A stretch of DNA of 64,000 nucleotides from Ignavibacteriales bacterium (GTDB lineage Bacteria; Bacteroidota; Ignavibacteria; UBA10030): positions 41,860-105,859 of the forward strand of contig JAPLFQ010000019.1 in NCBI GenBank assembly GCA_026390595.1, given 5' to 3'. The first letter of the stretch is position 1. Each line of letters begins with the position of its first letter. A program made the position numbers and the translations under genes. Below the pieces are notes generated by a model. It was not told where the DNA came from, made no database searches, and saw only the letters and a program-made list of their open reading frames with translations. Shown here one piece after another: positions 19,422-29,779 of this stretch.

Positions 19422-19808
19422 ATGGGTCAACAGCAGCTTCTGCTTGTCATTCTCGGCGTGATCATCGTTGGCTTTGCCATTGCCATCGGTATCAGTCTCT
19501 TCGGTGCCCAATCGGTCTCATCGAACCGTGATGCTATGATCAATGATATCAACCATCTCTCGATGGTCGCGTATCAATTTCGAATCAGCCTTCGCTCGAT
19601 GGGTGGTGGTGAAGGTGACTTCAGCACGTTCGTCATTCCTCTGCAAATGAAAAGCAACAGCAATGGACTGTATTCCGTCACCAACGCACAGGTCAATACG
19701 CTGACATTCAAAGCGACGTCAGCAAATGACGCCTCGAACACGATTACTGTCACGGTTGACAGCAACGGCAGGCTTGGCAGTCTGACCTTCGGAGGAGATT
19801 TCCAGTAA
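19422..19808 (+). CDS. Hypothetical membrane-anchored small protein (pilin-like topology)
   Basis: 128 aa with an N-terminal hydrophobic helix (LLLVILGVIIVGFAIAIGISLF) followed by a Ser/Thr/Asn-rich beta-like region. No canonical prepilin cleavage motif was found. Confidence 0.45.
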   Translation: MGQQQLLLVILGVIIVGFAIAIGISLFGAQSVSSNRDAMINDINHLSMVAYQFRISLRSMGGGEGDFSTFVIPLQMKSNSNGLYSVTNAQVNTLTFKATSANDASNTITVTVDSNGRLGSLTFGGDFQ

Positions 19809-20075
19809 CACCCTTATTGTTTTTCTCACCACGGCGCCCGGTTCGAGATTCGCGTGTTTCATGCGAAACGATGTTCGGGCGTTTCTCTTTGCTGGCTTTC
19901 CATCGTCCCCGCTTGTTCCTCCCCCTCGTTCAACACCGTCGTCCGATGTGAGTGCTGCACGCACGTTCGGGCCTTGAACTTTCCTTTGCCATTTCCCTTA
20001 TCGTTCTCTATATTGGTCGCGATCACTCACCCCTCGTAGGCCAGCTTATTTCTACCAACATCGAGGCCACACCGC

Positions 20076-22127
20076 ATGAACATGTGCCGTACTGTATTCC
20101 TCGTCTTCGTCCTCCTTGCCTCACAGAGCTTTTCACAATCCAACCAGGATTTGCTCAGTTCCAGGATCAGGGATCTTCTGCACGAATCCCTCAGCGGAGA
20201 ACTTGCGAAGGAGCACGTCATTCAGATCAGTCGCCACCACAGGATCCAAGGCTCACGCGGATACCGTGCTGCGGCGCACTATGTCCTGGATCAACTCCGC
20301 TCCTACGGCTACACCGACAAGGACGCGACGATCGAATCATTTAAATCCGACGGCCGTGCGATGTATCAGACCTGGCAGTCCCCTTCCGGATGGGACATTA
20401 CCTGGGGCGAATTGAGGATGATTGAGCCCTACGAAGAACGGATAGTGGGATACCCGGAGATCGCGATGAGCGTCATGACTTATTCCAACGCAGGCGATGC
20501 CACAGCTCCGCTTGTCTGGGTCGGGGGAGGTACGAGTGACGAGGACTACAAGGGGAAAGACGTCGCAGGCAAGATCGTGCTTGCGACCGGATACGGGGGC
20601 GAGGTGCACAGGCTGGCTGTGCTCAAGTACGGGGCCAAAGCTGTCGTTTGTTACCTCGACGATGATCGGGCGAAGGACCATCCCGACATGCTGCAATACA
20701 CCGGCATGTGGCCTAAGACGCAAGAGCTGGAGCGCGTGACGTTTGGGTTTAACCTGAGCCATCGACAAGGCGAGAAGCTCCGCGATCTGATCCTGAGCGG
20801 AAGCAAGGTTGTTGTGAGGGGCCAGGTGAAAGGGATCGGGCTCGAGCCCTACTTCATGGATGTTGTTGTTGCCCGCTTGCGGGGTTCGGAGAAACCGGAG
20901 GAGGAGATCGTCCTGAGCGCCCATCTCGACCATCCGAAGGAATCTGCCAACGACAACGCCAGCGGTTCCGCCGCCATCCTGGACATTGCCCGCACGCTCA
21001 AGGAACTGACAGACTCCGGGCGGATACCGAAACTGAAACGCTCGGTTCGTTTTGTCTGGGTTCCCGAATGGAACGGCACAATGCCATACATCGATGCTCA
21101 TCCTGAACTTGTTGGCCCGGAATTGGGCGGGAAATTCCTCGCCAATCTGAACATGGACATGGTCGGCGAGAACGAAGAGCTTCTCCATTCCAAGCTCATC
21201 ATGACAAGGACTCCCAACTCCATTCCCTCGGCGCTGATCGACGTCATGGAAAACATGACGCAGATGGTCGACGGTCTGAACATCAGAACCCCTCGGGGGA
21301 GCCTCTCTGAATTCAACTATCGTATCGTGCCTTACTCGGGCGGAAGTGACCACATGATGTTCATCGATCGGAAAGTACCCGGCGTGATGATGGTCCACGG
21401 TCCTGACTATACCCATCACACCTCAGACGATACTCCCGACAAAGTCGATCCCGTCGAACTGGCGAGGAGCGAAATGATAGCTGCCGGAACTGTCGTGTTT
21501 CTCTCCAATGTGTCCACGAATGAGGCTCTCGATCTGGTCCATCTGGCAGGCGCGAACGCAACACAGAGGCTCGGCCAGGCCGGACGGAACGCGGCCAGGT
21601 TGGTTCTGGATTCACCTTCCGATCGAATACCGACCGTTTACGGGGAAGCTGCAACCGTTGTTGACGAAAACGCCCGCATCGCGAAAGAGGGACTGTCGAC
21701 AATTCTCTGGTTCAACAGCGAAACCGAGGTCCAGCGGGCAATCAAGAAATCAAACGAACAGATCGGCTTGTACGCGAATGCGCTTCTGGAAGAGGTCAAG
21801 CAAGGGGCGTCGAAGCAGCTCGGTTCGAAGAGCATTCCGGCGCTTCGTCCTGCCGTTGATACCAGGGTCCCGGTTCGCCTGACACGAGGCCCGCTTGATT
21901 TTGGACTGCCGGAGAGCAAGTTACTGAAAGCAGGAGCCCCAACAGGGGCGCCCCGCTATCAGCTAAACGGTGACGTCCGTTTTGAAATCCCGAACTTCAT
22001 CGATGGCAAAAGGAACGTTTCCGATATCCAGCGTGTGTTGACGGGCGAATTTGGCAGCGCCGCGATCGAAGGATTTGACAGGTTTATTGAAGATCTTGTG
22101 AAGGTGGGTGTGGTGAAGTGGAAGTGA
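20076..22127 (+). CDS. M28 family zinc peptidase with PA domain
   Basis: Signal peptide, then HLDHP...NDNASGSAA and YSGGSDH, the M28 metal-ligand motifs. A PA-like insert is present and the product is 683 aa. Confidence 0.85.
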   Translation: MNMCRTVFLVFVLLASQSFSQSNQDLLSSRIRDLLHESLSGELAKEHVIQISRHHRIQGSRGYRAAAHYVLDQLRSYGYTDKDATIESFKSDGRAMYQTWQSPSGWDITWGELRMIEPYEERIVGYPEIAMSVMTYSNAGDATAPLVWVGGGTSDEDYKGKDVAGKIVLATGYGGEVHRLAVLKYGAKAVVCYLDDDRAKDHPDMLQYTGMWPKTQELERVTFGFNLSHRQGEKLRDLILSGSKVVVRGQVKGIGLEPYFMDVVVARLRGSEKPEEEIVLSAHLDHPKESANDNASGSAAILDIARTLKELTDSGRIPKLKRSVRFVWVPEWNGTMPYIDAHPELVGPELGGKFLANLNMDMVGENEELLHSKLIMTRTPNSIPSALIDVMENMTQMVDGLNIRTPRGSLSEFNYRIVPYSGGSDHMMFIDRKVPGVMMVHGPDYTHHTSDDTPDKVDPVELARSEMIAAGTVVFLSNVSTNEALDLVHLAGANATQRLGQAGRNAARLVLDSPSDRIPTVYGEAATVVDENARIAKEGLSTILWFNSETEVQRAIKKSNEQIGLYANALLEEVKQGASKQLGSKSIPALRPAVDTRVPVRLTRGPLDFGLPESKLLKAGAPTGAPRYQLNGDVRFEIPNFIDGKRNVSDIQRVLTGEFGSAAIEGFDRFIEDLVKVGVVKWK

Positions 22128-22169
22128 ATTTGATACAGCAGCCTAATCTCTGAATTGAGGAACCTCCTT

Positions 22170-24182
22170 ATGAAATCTGCTATGAGAGCAAGCGTCAGTC
22201 TGATCGTTGCCGTGCTCGCGGTGACATCGTGTGCCAGCGGCCAAACCATCTTCAAAGATCCGCTGAGTCCGCGTATTGCCTCGTACAAGATCTCCGTCAC
22301 GCTCGACGCAGCCCAAAAGATGCTAAACGGGAAAGAGACTCTGACGTGGCGTAACACGTCAACCGACCGTGTCGGGGAGCTGCAGTTCCATCTCTATTTC
22401 AACGGCTTTAAGAACACCGCATCGACGTTTATGAAGGAATCAGGCGGCGTCAATCGGGGTTTTGAACTTGCGGAAGGAGGGTGGGGCTGGATCGATGTGA
22501 CCTCTATGAAGACCGCCGATGGCGAAGACCTGATGAGTCGCATCCAGTATATTCAGCCCGACGATGGCAACGACAAGGACCAGACGGTCATACGTGTTCC
22601 ATTGTCGAAGCCCGTGCTTCCCGGCCAGACAATTCAGCTGAACCTGGCATTCACTGCGAAGCTGCCAAGGGTATTCGCACGAACCGGTTACTATCAGAAC
22701 TTCTTCATGATAGGTCAGTGGTTTCCGAAAATCGGCGTCTACGAAGCGGCCGGCCAGAGATATGCCACGAAAGGGGGGTGGAACTGTCATCAATTCCATG
22801 CCAATACAGAATTCTTCGCCGACTATGGCGTCTATGATGTGGATATGACCGTGCCGAAGGAATACGTAGTCGGAGCGACCGGGCTCCTCTCCGGCGTCAA
22901 GGACAACGGCGACGGTACGAAAACGGTGACGCATCACGCGGAGGACGTTCACGATTTTGCCTGGACGGCCTCGCCGTCCTATGTCGATCTCAGCGATCAG
23001 TGGAAGCACGTGAAGATACGAGTGTTGATGCAGCCGCAACGCGTGCATCAGGCCCAGCGATATTTTGAATCTGTGAAAGCGGCGCTGGAGTATTTTGAGA
23101 ACCATGTCGGGAAGTACCCCTACCCGAACGTCACCGTCGTCGATCCCGCCTACGGAGCATCCGGTGCCGGGGGAATGGAATATCCGACACTCATCACAGC
23201 CGGGTCGATGTGGGGGATCGGCAAGTTCGCGAAGTTCGCCGAACTCGTCACCGTCCACGAATTTGGGCATCAGTACTGGTATGGTCTGGTGGGCAGCAAT
23301 GAATTCGAAGAAGCGTGGATGGACGAAGGGATCAATCAGTACTATGAGACCCGCATCATGGATCACGCGTATGGGAAGAAGACTTCAACGATAGAGTTCC
23401 CCGGTTTCAGAGCAGGCGATTTGGAAACGACCAGGATGGGGTACACGGGTATGCGCAACCCCAAGATTGCCCCGACCGGGACGCTCGGATGGGAGTTCAA
23501 GCAAGGGGGATACGGCAACCTAACGTACCAGAAGACGGCTGTCTTTATGTCGACTCTTGAGCGGCTCATTGGTCAGGCGGTGATGGACACGCTCATGAAG
23601 ACCTACTTCGAGCGGTGGAAATTCAAGCATCCTTCCGGCAGAGATTTCATCGCAGTCGTGAATGAAATCGTCCCAAAGTATCACGGGAACAAGTTCGGGA
23701 AGGACCTCAACTGGTACTTCGACGAGGTTCTCTACGGCACGGATGTATGCGATTATGAGTTGAGCCTCATAGAAAACAAAGAAGCCCGGGCTCCTCAGGG
23801 GCTTGTCGACGACAAGGGGAAAAAGGTCCAGCTCAGTTCGGGAAAGGATAGCTCCAAGTCAGCGAAGCTGTATGAATCGAGAGTGGTCGCCATCAGAACT
23901 GGCGAAATAAAGCTGCCAACGTCGGTTCTCGTGCATTTCGACAACGGGCAGGAGGTGCGAGAGCCCTGGGACGGACAAAGTCGATGGGTGGAGTTCAAGT
24001 ATGCTCGGCCTGAGAAGATCGTTTGGGCGACCGTTGATCCCGACACCGCTCTCGTCATCGACAGGAACTGGAACAACAACAGCAAGACGACAGAAACAGC
24101 TGTTGCTCCCATTTGGAAATACACCATCAAATTTCTGTTTTGGTTTCAGAATATGCTGCAGCTTGGTGGGATGATTGGATGA
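22170..24182 (+). CDS. M1 family zinc metallopeptidase (aminopeptidase N-like)
   Basis: The ORF is 22155..24182. The likely start is 22170 (MKSAMRASVSLIVAVLAVTSCASG, a lipoprotein-like signal). HEFGHQYWY...WMDEGINQYYE matches the HEXXH-(18)-E gluzincin motif. Confidence 0.85.
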   Translation: MKSAMRASVSLIVAVLAVTSCASGQTIFKDPLSPRIASYKISVTLDAAQKMLNGKETLTWRNTSTDRVGELQFHLYFNGFKNTASTFMKESGGVNRGFELAEGGWGWIDVTSMKTADGEDLMSRIQYIQPDDGNDKDQTVIRVPLSKPVLPGQTIQLNLAFTAKLPRVFARTGYYQNFFMIGQWFPKIGVYEAAGQRYATKGGWNCHQFHANTEFFADYGVYDVDMTVPKEYVVGATGLLSGVKDNGDGTKTVTHHAEDVHDFAWTASPSYVDLSDQWKHVKIRVLMQPQRVHQAQRYFESVKAALEYFENHVGKYPYPNVTVVDPAYGASGAGGMEYPTLITAGSMWGIGKFAKFAELVTVHEFGHQYWYGLVGSNEFEEAWMDEGINQYYETRIMDHAYGKKTSTIEFPGFRAGDLETTRMGYTGMRNPKIAPTGTLGWEFKQGGYGNLTYQKTAVFMSTLERLIGQAVMDTLMKTYFERWKFKHPSGRDFIAVVNEIVPKYHGNKFGKDLNWYFDEVLYGTDVCDYELSLIENKEARAPQGLVDDKGKKVQLSSGKDSSKSAKLYESRVVAIRTGEIKLPTSVLVHFDNGQEVREPWDGQSRWVEFKYARPEKIVWATVDPDTALVIDRNWNNNSKTTETAVAPIWKYTIKFLFWFQNMLQLGGMIG

Positions 24183-24219
24183 GAACGTCATTCTCGACTG
24201 AATAGAGGACTCGACTTTT

Positions 24220-25149
24220 ATGAGCATACTCAGAGCATTTTCCAACGGTATTCGGCGGGCAACCACAGAACCCAGAATGGTTCTCGCTTTGTACATAGTC
24301 AATCTTCTGATGGCACTTCCAGTGGCCCTGGCGTTCAGGGACGCTATGGTGGCTGGCTTCGGGGCTTCGATGGCCCCGGCCGGACTTATGGGCGGTCTCG
24401 ACTTCACTGTCCTCTCGGATTTCATGAATTTTCACGCAGCAGAGTTATCTGCCGTGTTCCGACAAATAACGTGGGCGATCGTCGTGTACATGCTCGTGAA
24501 TTCCTTCCTTGCCGGAGGAGTGTTGACCATCCTGCGCAAGGAATATGGTGGATACTCGACATCCGAGTTCTTCGAAGGCTGCGGCACTTATTTCGGGAGA
24601 TTTCTGCGCCTCTTTGTCGTGTGCGCAATCGTTCTGTTGCTCCTCGTCCTCATCATGACTCTGTTCTTGGCGATGCTCTCAAGCGTTTTCATTGAGGACT
24701 CAGCCTCCGAAGTCACGACCGTCGTGTTCACCATGGTGCAGATTGTTCTGTTCTTCCTTCCTGTGGTGCTCCTTCTGATGATAGCGGACTACACCAAGAT
24801 CAGCATCGTCGTGAACAATGAGCGAAGGGTGTTGAAAACTGCTTGGCGATCAATGAAATTTGTTTTCAGCCATTTGTTCAAGACCTTCGGACTTGAGCTC
24901 CTGATGCTGCTGGTTCCGGTTGTCCTGTTTGCGATCTACGCCCTTCTCGATCTCGCAATTGGCATGACAACCAACCTGACGATCGTCGTGATGCTGGTTA
25001 TCCAGCAGCTCTTCATCGCCTCGAGAGCCTGGACCAAAGTACTGTTTTTCGAAGGTGAGCGGTCGATGTTTGAAAGCCTTCAACCTGTTGTGTATGCAAA
25101 TATCGAAGGGGCTGGGAACCCACTTGCTGCCGAGCCCGTCAAGCCATGA
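24220..25149 (+). CDS. Hypothetical polytopic membrane protein
   Basis: 309 aa with 6-7 predicted TM helices and no recognisable catalytic motif. Confidence 0.55.
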   Translation: MSILRAFSNGIRRATTEPRMVLALYIVNLLMALPVALAFRDAMVAGFGASMAPAGLMGGLDFTVLSDFMNFHAAELSAVFRQITWAIVVYMLVNSFLAGGVLTILRKEYGGYSTSEFFEGCGTYFGRFLRLFVVCAIVLLLLVLIMTLFLAMLSSVFIEDSASEVTTVVFTMVQIVLFFLPVVLLLMIADYTKISIVVNNERRVLKTAWRSMKFVFSHLFKTFGLELLMLLVPVVLFAIYALLDLAIGMTTNLTIVVMLVIQQLFIASRAWTKVLFFEGERSMFESLQPVVYANIEGAGNPLAAEPVKP

Positions 25150-25204
25150 GTGAACGATATGACTTCGTTTCTTGTTTTACCCAGAGGTTTATAAGGAGAT
25201 AGAT

Positions 25205-26728
25205 ATGGAACACTTCAAAGAGAGTATGCTGAGCCTCATTTCGGAAACGTCGACCAATCTGCCCGCTGATGTCAGGAGAGCGATCAAAGACGCCGCGAAG
25301 AAGGAGAACAAGGGGACTCAATCGGACCTCGCCCTGCAGACGGTCGCCCTCAACATCGATATGGCTGCCACTGGATCGGCGCCAATTTGCCAGGACACCG
25401 GAATGCCGACATTCGAAATCAAAACGCCCGTCGGCGTCAACCAGATCGCGATGAAAAAACAGATCCTCGAGGCAATCGTCGAGGCCACCAAGCAGGGAAA
25501 ACTGCGCCCCAATACAGTCGATTCGCTGACCGGAAAGAACAGCGGCAACAACCTCGGTGAAGGCGCACCCGTCCTGCATTTCGAACAATGGGAAGAGCCG
25601 GACATCGAGGTGAAGTTGATTCTCAAAGGAGGCGGCTGTGAGAACAAGAACATCCAGTACTCGCTTCCCCAGGAGTTGCCAAACCTCGGACGGGCCGACA
25701 GAACCATCGACGGTGTGCGGAAGTGCATCATGCACGCAGTGTGGCAGGCGCAGGGACAGGGATGCAGTGTGGGCGCGCTCGGCGTAGCGATCGGTGGTGA
25801 TCGGGCATCAGGATATGGTTTTGCGAAGCAGCAGCTGTTCCGGGAACTCGACGACATTAATCCAAATCCGGAGCTGGCAAAGCTCGAAACGTATGTCATG
25901 GAAAATGCCAACAAACTAGGCATCGGGATGATGGGGTTCGGCGGCCAGGCGACGTTGATTGGATGCAAAGTCGGATCATTCCATCGCTTACCGGCCAGTT
26001 TCTTCGTCTCCGTTGCGTACGATTGCTGGGCCTATCGCCGACTCGGCGTGGTCATCGATCCGGCAACAGGCGGCGTCAAGCGGTGGCTCTATAAGGGAGA
26101 TTCGTCTGCGATGAAGATGGCGGCGGCCGAAAAACTGCCGCTGACCGGCCGGGAAATACGGCTCTCGACGCCGCTTTCGGAAACGCAGGTGCGCGCGCTC
26201 AAGGTCGGAGACGTTTTGTTGCTCAACGGCCCCATGCATATGGGCCGGGACGTTTTACACCATCATTTGATGACGCACGATTCTCCGGTCAGGCTGGACG
26301 GCGGCGCGATCTATCATTGCGGACCGGTAGCGTTGAAACGGGACGACAAGTGGTTCATGAATGCGGCCGGCCCAACCACAAGCATTCGCGAAGAACCGTA
26401 CCAGGGCGAGATCATCAAGAAGTTCAAGGCGCGGGCGATCATCGGAAAAGGAGGGATGGGGGCGAAGACACTTGCGGCGATGAAGGAAGTCGGAGCAGTC
26501 TATCTCAGCGCCATCGGAGGGGCGGCCCAGTACTATGCGAAGTGCATTGAAGAAGTGGAAGGAGTGGATTTGCTGGAGTTCGGAGTGCCCGAAGCGATGT
26601 GGCATGTCCGCGTGAAGGATTTCCTCGTCATCGTCACGATGGATTCCCATGGCAACAGTCTCCACGCTGAGGTGGAAAAGGCCTCGGCGGCAGAGCTTGC
26701 GAAGTTCGCCCAGCCCGTCACTCTTTGA
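25205..26728 (+). CDS. Class I (Fe-S) fumarate hydratase, fused alpha/beta type
   Basis: The ORF is 25172..26728. The start is the ATG at 25205 after AAGGAG. CQDTGMPTF is the Fe-S hydro-lyase tartrate/fumarate family motif, and the ~507-aa length matches FumA/FumB-type enzymes. Confidence 0.8.
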   Translation: MEHFKESMLSLISETSTNLPADVRRAIKDAAKKENKGTQSDLALQTVALNIDMAATGSAPICQDTGMPTFEIKTPVGVNQIAMKKQILEAIVEATKQGKLRPNTVDSLTGKNSGNNLGEGAPVLHFEQWEEPDIEVKLILKGGGCENKNIQYSLPQELPNLGRADRTIDGVRKCIMHAVWQAQGQGCSVGALGVAIGGDRASGYGFAKQQLFRELDDINPNPELAKLETYVMENANKLGIGMMGFGGQATLIGCKVGSFHRLPASFFVSVAYDCWAYRRLGVVIDPATGGVKRWLYKGDSSAMKMAAAEKLPLTGREIRLSTPLSETQVRALKVGDVLLLNGPMHMGRDVLHHHLMTHDSPVRLDGGAIYHCGPVALKRDDKWFMNAAGPTTSIREEPYQGEIIKKFKARAIIGKGGMGAKTLAAMKEVGAVYLSAIGGAAQYYAKCIEEVEGVDLLEFGVPEAMWHVRVKDFLVIVTMDSHGNSLHAEVEKASAAELAKFAQPVTL

Positions 26729-26734
26729 GCGGTT

Positions 26735-27085
26735 ATGACGGAGTTACTCACGGAGCCGGGGAAGCAGAGAATGAGGCTGGGCACGTACGAGCTCATTTGG
26801 GAAACTGTCCGGCATGTCCCCAAAGGCAAAGTGGCAACCTACGGTCAGATTGCTTCTGAAGCCGGATTCCCAAGGCAGCCGCGTCTGGTCGGTTACGCTC
26901 TTCATGCTCTTCCCCCTCGCTCAGGTGTCCCGTGGCACCGGGTGATCAATGCGAAGGGAAGAGTCTCGTTTCCCAAAGACAATGCTGCCTACAAGAAACA
27001 GCGACGACTTCTGAAAGCGGAAGGCATAGTCTTTCGGGGGGAGGCTGTGGACATGGAGCGATATGGCTGGCTGAGTGATCTTTGA
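26735..27085 (+). CDS. Alkyltransferase-like protein (ATL), MGMT-family DNA-binding domain with Trp in place of the active-site Cys
   Basis: TYGQIAS...VPWHRVINAKGRVS has PWHRV where O6-alkylguanine transferases have PCHRV. This substitution is the hallmark of ATL proteins. Confidence 0.75.
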   Translation: MTELLTEPGKQRMRLGTYELIWETVRHVPKGKVATYGQIASEAGFPRQPRLVGYALHALPPRSGVPWHRVINAKGRVSFPKDNAAYKKQRRLLKAEGIVFRGEAVDMERYGWLSDL

Positions 27086-27106
27086 GGATGACACAGGAAT
27101 GCGGAT

Positions 27107-27607
27107 ATGGGTAAGCCTGAATATCCGGTGACAACGGCAATAAGAGTTCTTCGTGAGAAGAAGATAGATTTTCAGCCTCATGTGTACACGTACGAGGAAC
27201 ATGGCGGCACGAAGCACTCGGCGAGCGCCTTGAATGTATCCGAGCACGAGGTGGTGAAAACGCTCGTGATGCAGACCGACGAAAAGAAGCCGCTGATCGT
27301 CCTGATGCACGGCGACCGCGAAGTGTCGACGAAGCAACTCGCCCGGATCACCGGTGCGAAACGGATTGATCAATGCGATGAGGCGACTGCGCAGAGGCAC
27401 ACCGGCTATCAGTTCGGCGGGACAAGTCCTTTCGGCATACGCCACCCTCTTCCGATTTACGCGGAGCGGACGATTTTCCCCCTCCCACGAATCTTTGTCA
27501 ACGGCGGGAAGAGAGGGTTCCTGGTGGAAATTCAACCGTCTGACATGAAGAAAGCGTTCGAAGTGACTGAAGTTGACGTGGCGATCTCACCAACTGAACA
27601 ACGGTAG
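27107..27607 (+). CDS. ybaK: YbaK/EbsC-type Cys-tRNA(Pro) deacylase
   Basis: 166 aa. VKTLVMQTDEKKPLIVLMHGDREVSTKQLARITG...QFGGTSPFG matches YbaK-family trans-editing proteins. Confidence 0.8.
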   Translation: MGKPEYPVTTAIRVLREKKIDFQPHVYTYEEHGGTKHSASALNVSEHEVVKTLVMQTDEKKPLIVLMHGDREVSTKQLARITGAKRIDQCDEATAQRHTGYQFGGTSPFGIRHPLPIYAERTIFPLPRIFVNGGKRGFLVEIQPSDMKKAFEVTEVDVAISPTEQR

Positions 27608-27612
27608 AAAAC

Positions 27613-28851
27613 ATGAACATCATTGAATGGAGCACCGAGCTTCGATTGGCTTTGGCTCTGGCACTTGGCTTTCTCGTGGGCCTCGAGCGTGAGAGCACAA
27701 AAATCGAACAGGGGAGTGTGATCTTTGGTGGTGTGCGGACCTATCCCATTATCAGTCTGCTTGGTTTCGGGTGCGCCTGGCTTCAGCGTTATGGCGTGGG
27801 TTTGATGCTCCCCGTGGGTATGACGGTCATCGGAGCCCTGGCCGCCATAGCCTACATCACGAAAACAAAATCAGGTCATCATGGTTTCACGAGCGAAGCT
27901 TCCGCTCTTCTTACTTTTGTGGTGGGAGCTGTTGCGCTTCTCGCTGATGTCTGGATCGCTATGGCGTTGGCTGTCGTCAACACCGTCCTTCTCTCCGAGA
28001 AAGCTGAACTCGAAAAGTACCTCGACAGCTTCAACAAGGTAGAGTTCCTCGCCGTCGTCAAATTCATCCTGGTGACGGTTATTATCCTGCCGGTTCTGCC
28101 GAATCAGGACTACACCCCTTTCGGCCTCAATCCAACCCACATCTGGCAAATTGTGATCCTGGTTTCAAGCATAGGGTTCGTCGGATATTTCCTGTCGAAG
28201 CGATTTGGCAACAAAGTGAGCTTGTGGCTATCGGGGATTTTTGGCGGCATCGTATCGAGCACCGCCACGACGGTTGCGCTCGGCCGCATTGCCCGGAAAA
28301 GCCCGGAGCATTCGGGAATGGCCCTTCAGGCTGCCATCCTCGCCTCCAGCATGATGTATGTACGGATTCTCGTGCTGACCCTCATCATCAATCCCGCTTT
28401 TCTCCCGGTACTGTGGTGGAGATTGGCACTCCTTTTTCTTGTGGGGGTTGTTCTGTCGTTTCGCATTCGGCCATCAGGCGAGTCGGAGGAGAAGGCGGCT
28501 TTCCCCAACCTGCAAAATCCGTTCGAGATCCGGCCATCCATTGTGTTTGCTCTCGCGTTCGTATTGTTGATGATCATCACGAAACTGATCGAACAGCGGC
28601 TGGGAAGCACGGGACTTCTGGTTCTTTCCACAGTCGTCGGGTTCACAGACATTACGCCGTACGTCCTGTCCCTTCTGCATCCTTCCGCTGCAATGGCCCG
28701 GTCTGTCGTCCTCGCCCTGACGGTCGCGATGATGAGCAATACGACTGCAAAGGCGATCTACTTTGCGTCGATCGTCCCTGAAGCGCGCAGGGAGACATTT
28801 CTCCGCTACGGCGTCTGGGCAGCATTACACATCCCACTCCTGGTTGTGTAG
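27613..28851 (+). CDS. MgtC/SapB family membrane protein with DUF4010 extension
   Basis: The N-terminal MgtC motif (LGFLVGLERE) is followed by about 9 TM segments, typical of MgtC-DUF4010 fusions. Confidence 0.8.
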   Translation: MNIIEWSTELRLALALALGFLVGLERESTKIEQGSVIFGGVRTYPIISLLGFGCAWLQRYGVGLMLPVGMTVIGALAAIAYITKTKSGHHGFTSEASALLTFVVGAVALLADVWIAMALAVVNTVLLSEKAELEKYLDSFNKVEFLAVVKFILVTVIILPVLPNQDYTPFGLNPTHIWQIVILVSSIGFVGYFLSKRFGNKVSLWLSGIFGGIVSSTATTVALGRIARKSPEHSGMALQAAILASSMMYVRILVLTLIINPAFLPVLWWRLALLFLVGVVLSFRIRPSGESEEKAAFPNLQNPFEIRPSIVFALAFVLLMIITKLIEQRLGSTGLLVLSTVVGFTDITPYVLSLLHPSAAMARSVVLALTVAMMSNTTAKAIYFASIVPEARRETFLRYGVWAALHIPLLVV

Positions 28852-28883
28852 AGTTCTCGCGCTAGGCAAACAAACGTTATTCA

Positions 28884-29711
28884 ATGAGGTGGTTCGTGGA
28901 GCTATCGATTTACCGGCACTTGTGGGGTATTACCGAAGCGTGGGAAACGCTCTTTCCAAGAATCCGTGCCCTCGGATATCAGGGGATTGAACATATATTG
29001 CCCGAGGACGCGGACCGCGATCGATTCCGCGGCCTTCTCGATGAGCATCGATTCAAATACATAGCACAGATCATTACGACGGGAGTTACGGTCGAAGACC
29101 ATATCCGAAGTTTTCGCCAGAACGTTGAACGGGCCGCGGCCATGAATCCGCAAACCATCAACTGCCATTCCGGATGTGATTGGTTCTCGGATGAACAATC
29201 GAAGAAGTACTTTGGAGAGGCTCTCGAATTCGAAGCGAAGGTCGGAATTCCGGTGGCTCACGAGACGCATCGCGGTCGAATCCTCTACAACCCATGGACC
29301 ACGGAAAAACTCCTGAGACAATTCCCCGGGCTCAAGCTCAGCTGCGATTTCAGCCATTGGGTTGTCATCAGTGAACGTTTGCTGGAGACTGAGCTCGAAA
29401 TCATCGCCCGGAGCGCGGAACGGTGCATCCACATTCATGCTCGGGTCGGATATGAGGAGGGACCGCAGGTGCCGGATCCGCGGGCTCCGGAATACGAGAG
29501 GCATGTCTTGGCGCACGAGCGGTGGTGGGATATGATCTGGGATGCCCAGCAGCGAAGAGGTGTGAAGGAATCGACTCTCACACCGGAGTTCGGGGCGCCC
29601 GACTATATGCACACGCTGCCGTACACGAAGACACCGGTTGCCGATCTCTGGGACATATGCAATTGGCAGGCAGACCGGCAGCGATCGCGGTTTCTGACCC
29701 GATCAAAATAG
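28884..29711 (+). CDS. Sugar phosphate isomerase/epimerase (xylose-isomerase-like TIM barrel)
   Basis: 275 aa. AHETHRGRILYNPWT and HIHARVGYEEGPQVPDP metal-binding patterns are typical of the AP-endonuclease-2/xylose-isomerase TIM family. Confidence 0.7.
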   Translation: MRWFVELSIYRHLWGITEAWETLFPRIRALGYQGIEHILPEDADRDRFRGLLDEHRFKYIAQIITTGVTVEDHIRSFRQNVERAAAMNPQTINCHSGCDWFSDEQSKKYFGEALEFEAKVGIPVAHETHRGRILYNPWTTEKLLRQFPGLKLSCDFSHWVVISERLLETELEIIARSAERCIHIHARVGYEEGPQVPDPRAPEYERHVLAHERWWDMIWDAQQRRGVKESTLTPEFGAPDYMHTLPYTKTPVADLWDICNWQADRQRSRFLTRSK

Positions 29712-29723
29712 GCCCGACAAAAA

Positions 29724-29755
29724 AGAACCTCTCTGAATTAGAGAGGTTCTTTGGT
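29724..29755 (+). terminator. Rho-independent terminator after the sugar-phosphate isomerase gene
   Basis: agaacctctc-tgaatta-gagaggttct followed by ttggtt. Confidence 0.55.
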
Positions 29756-29779
29756 TGAACATTTGGTGACATATGTGTG

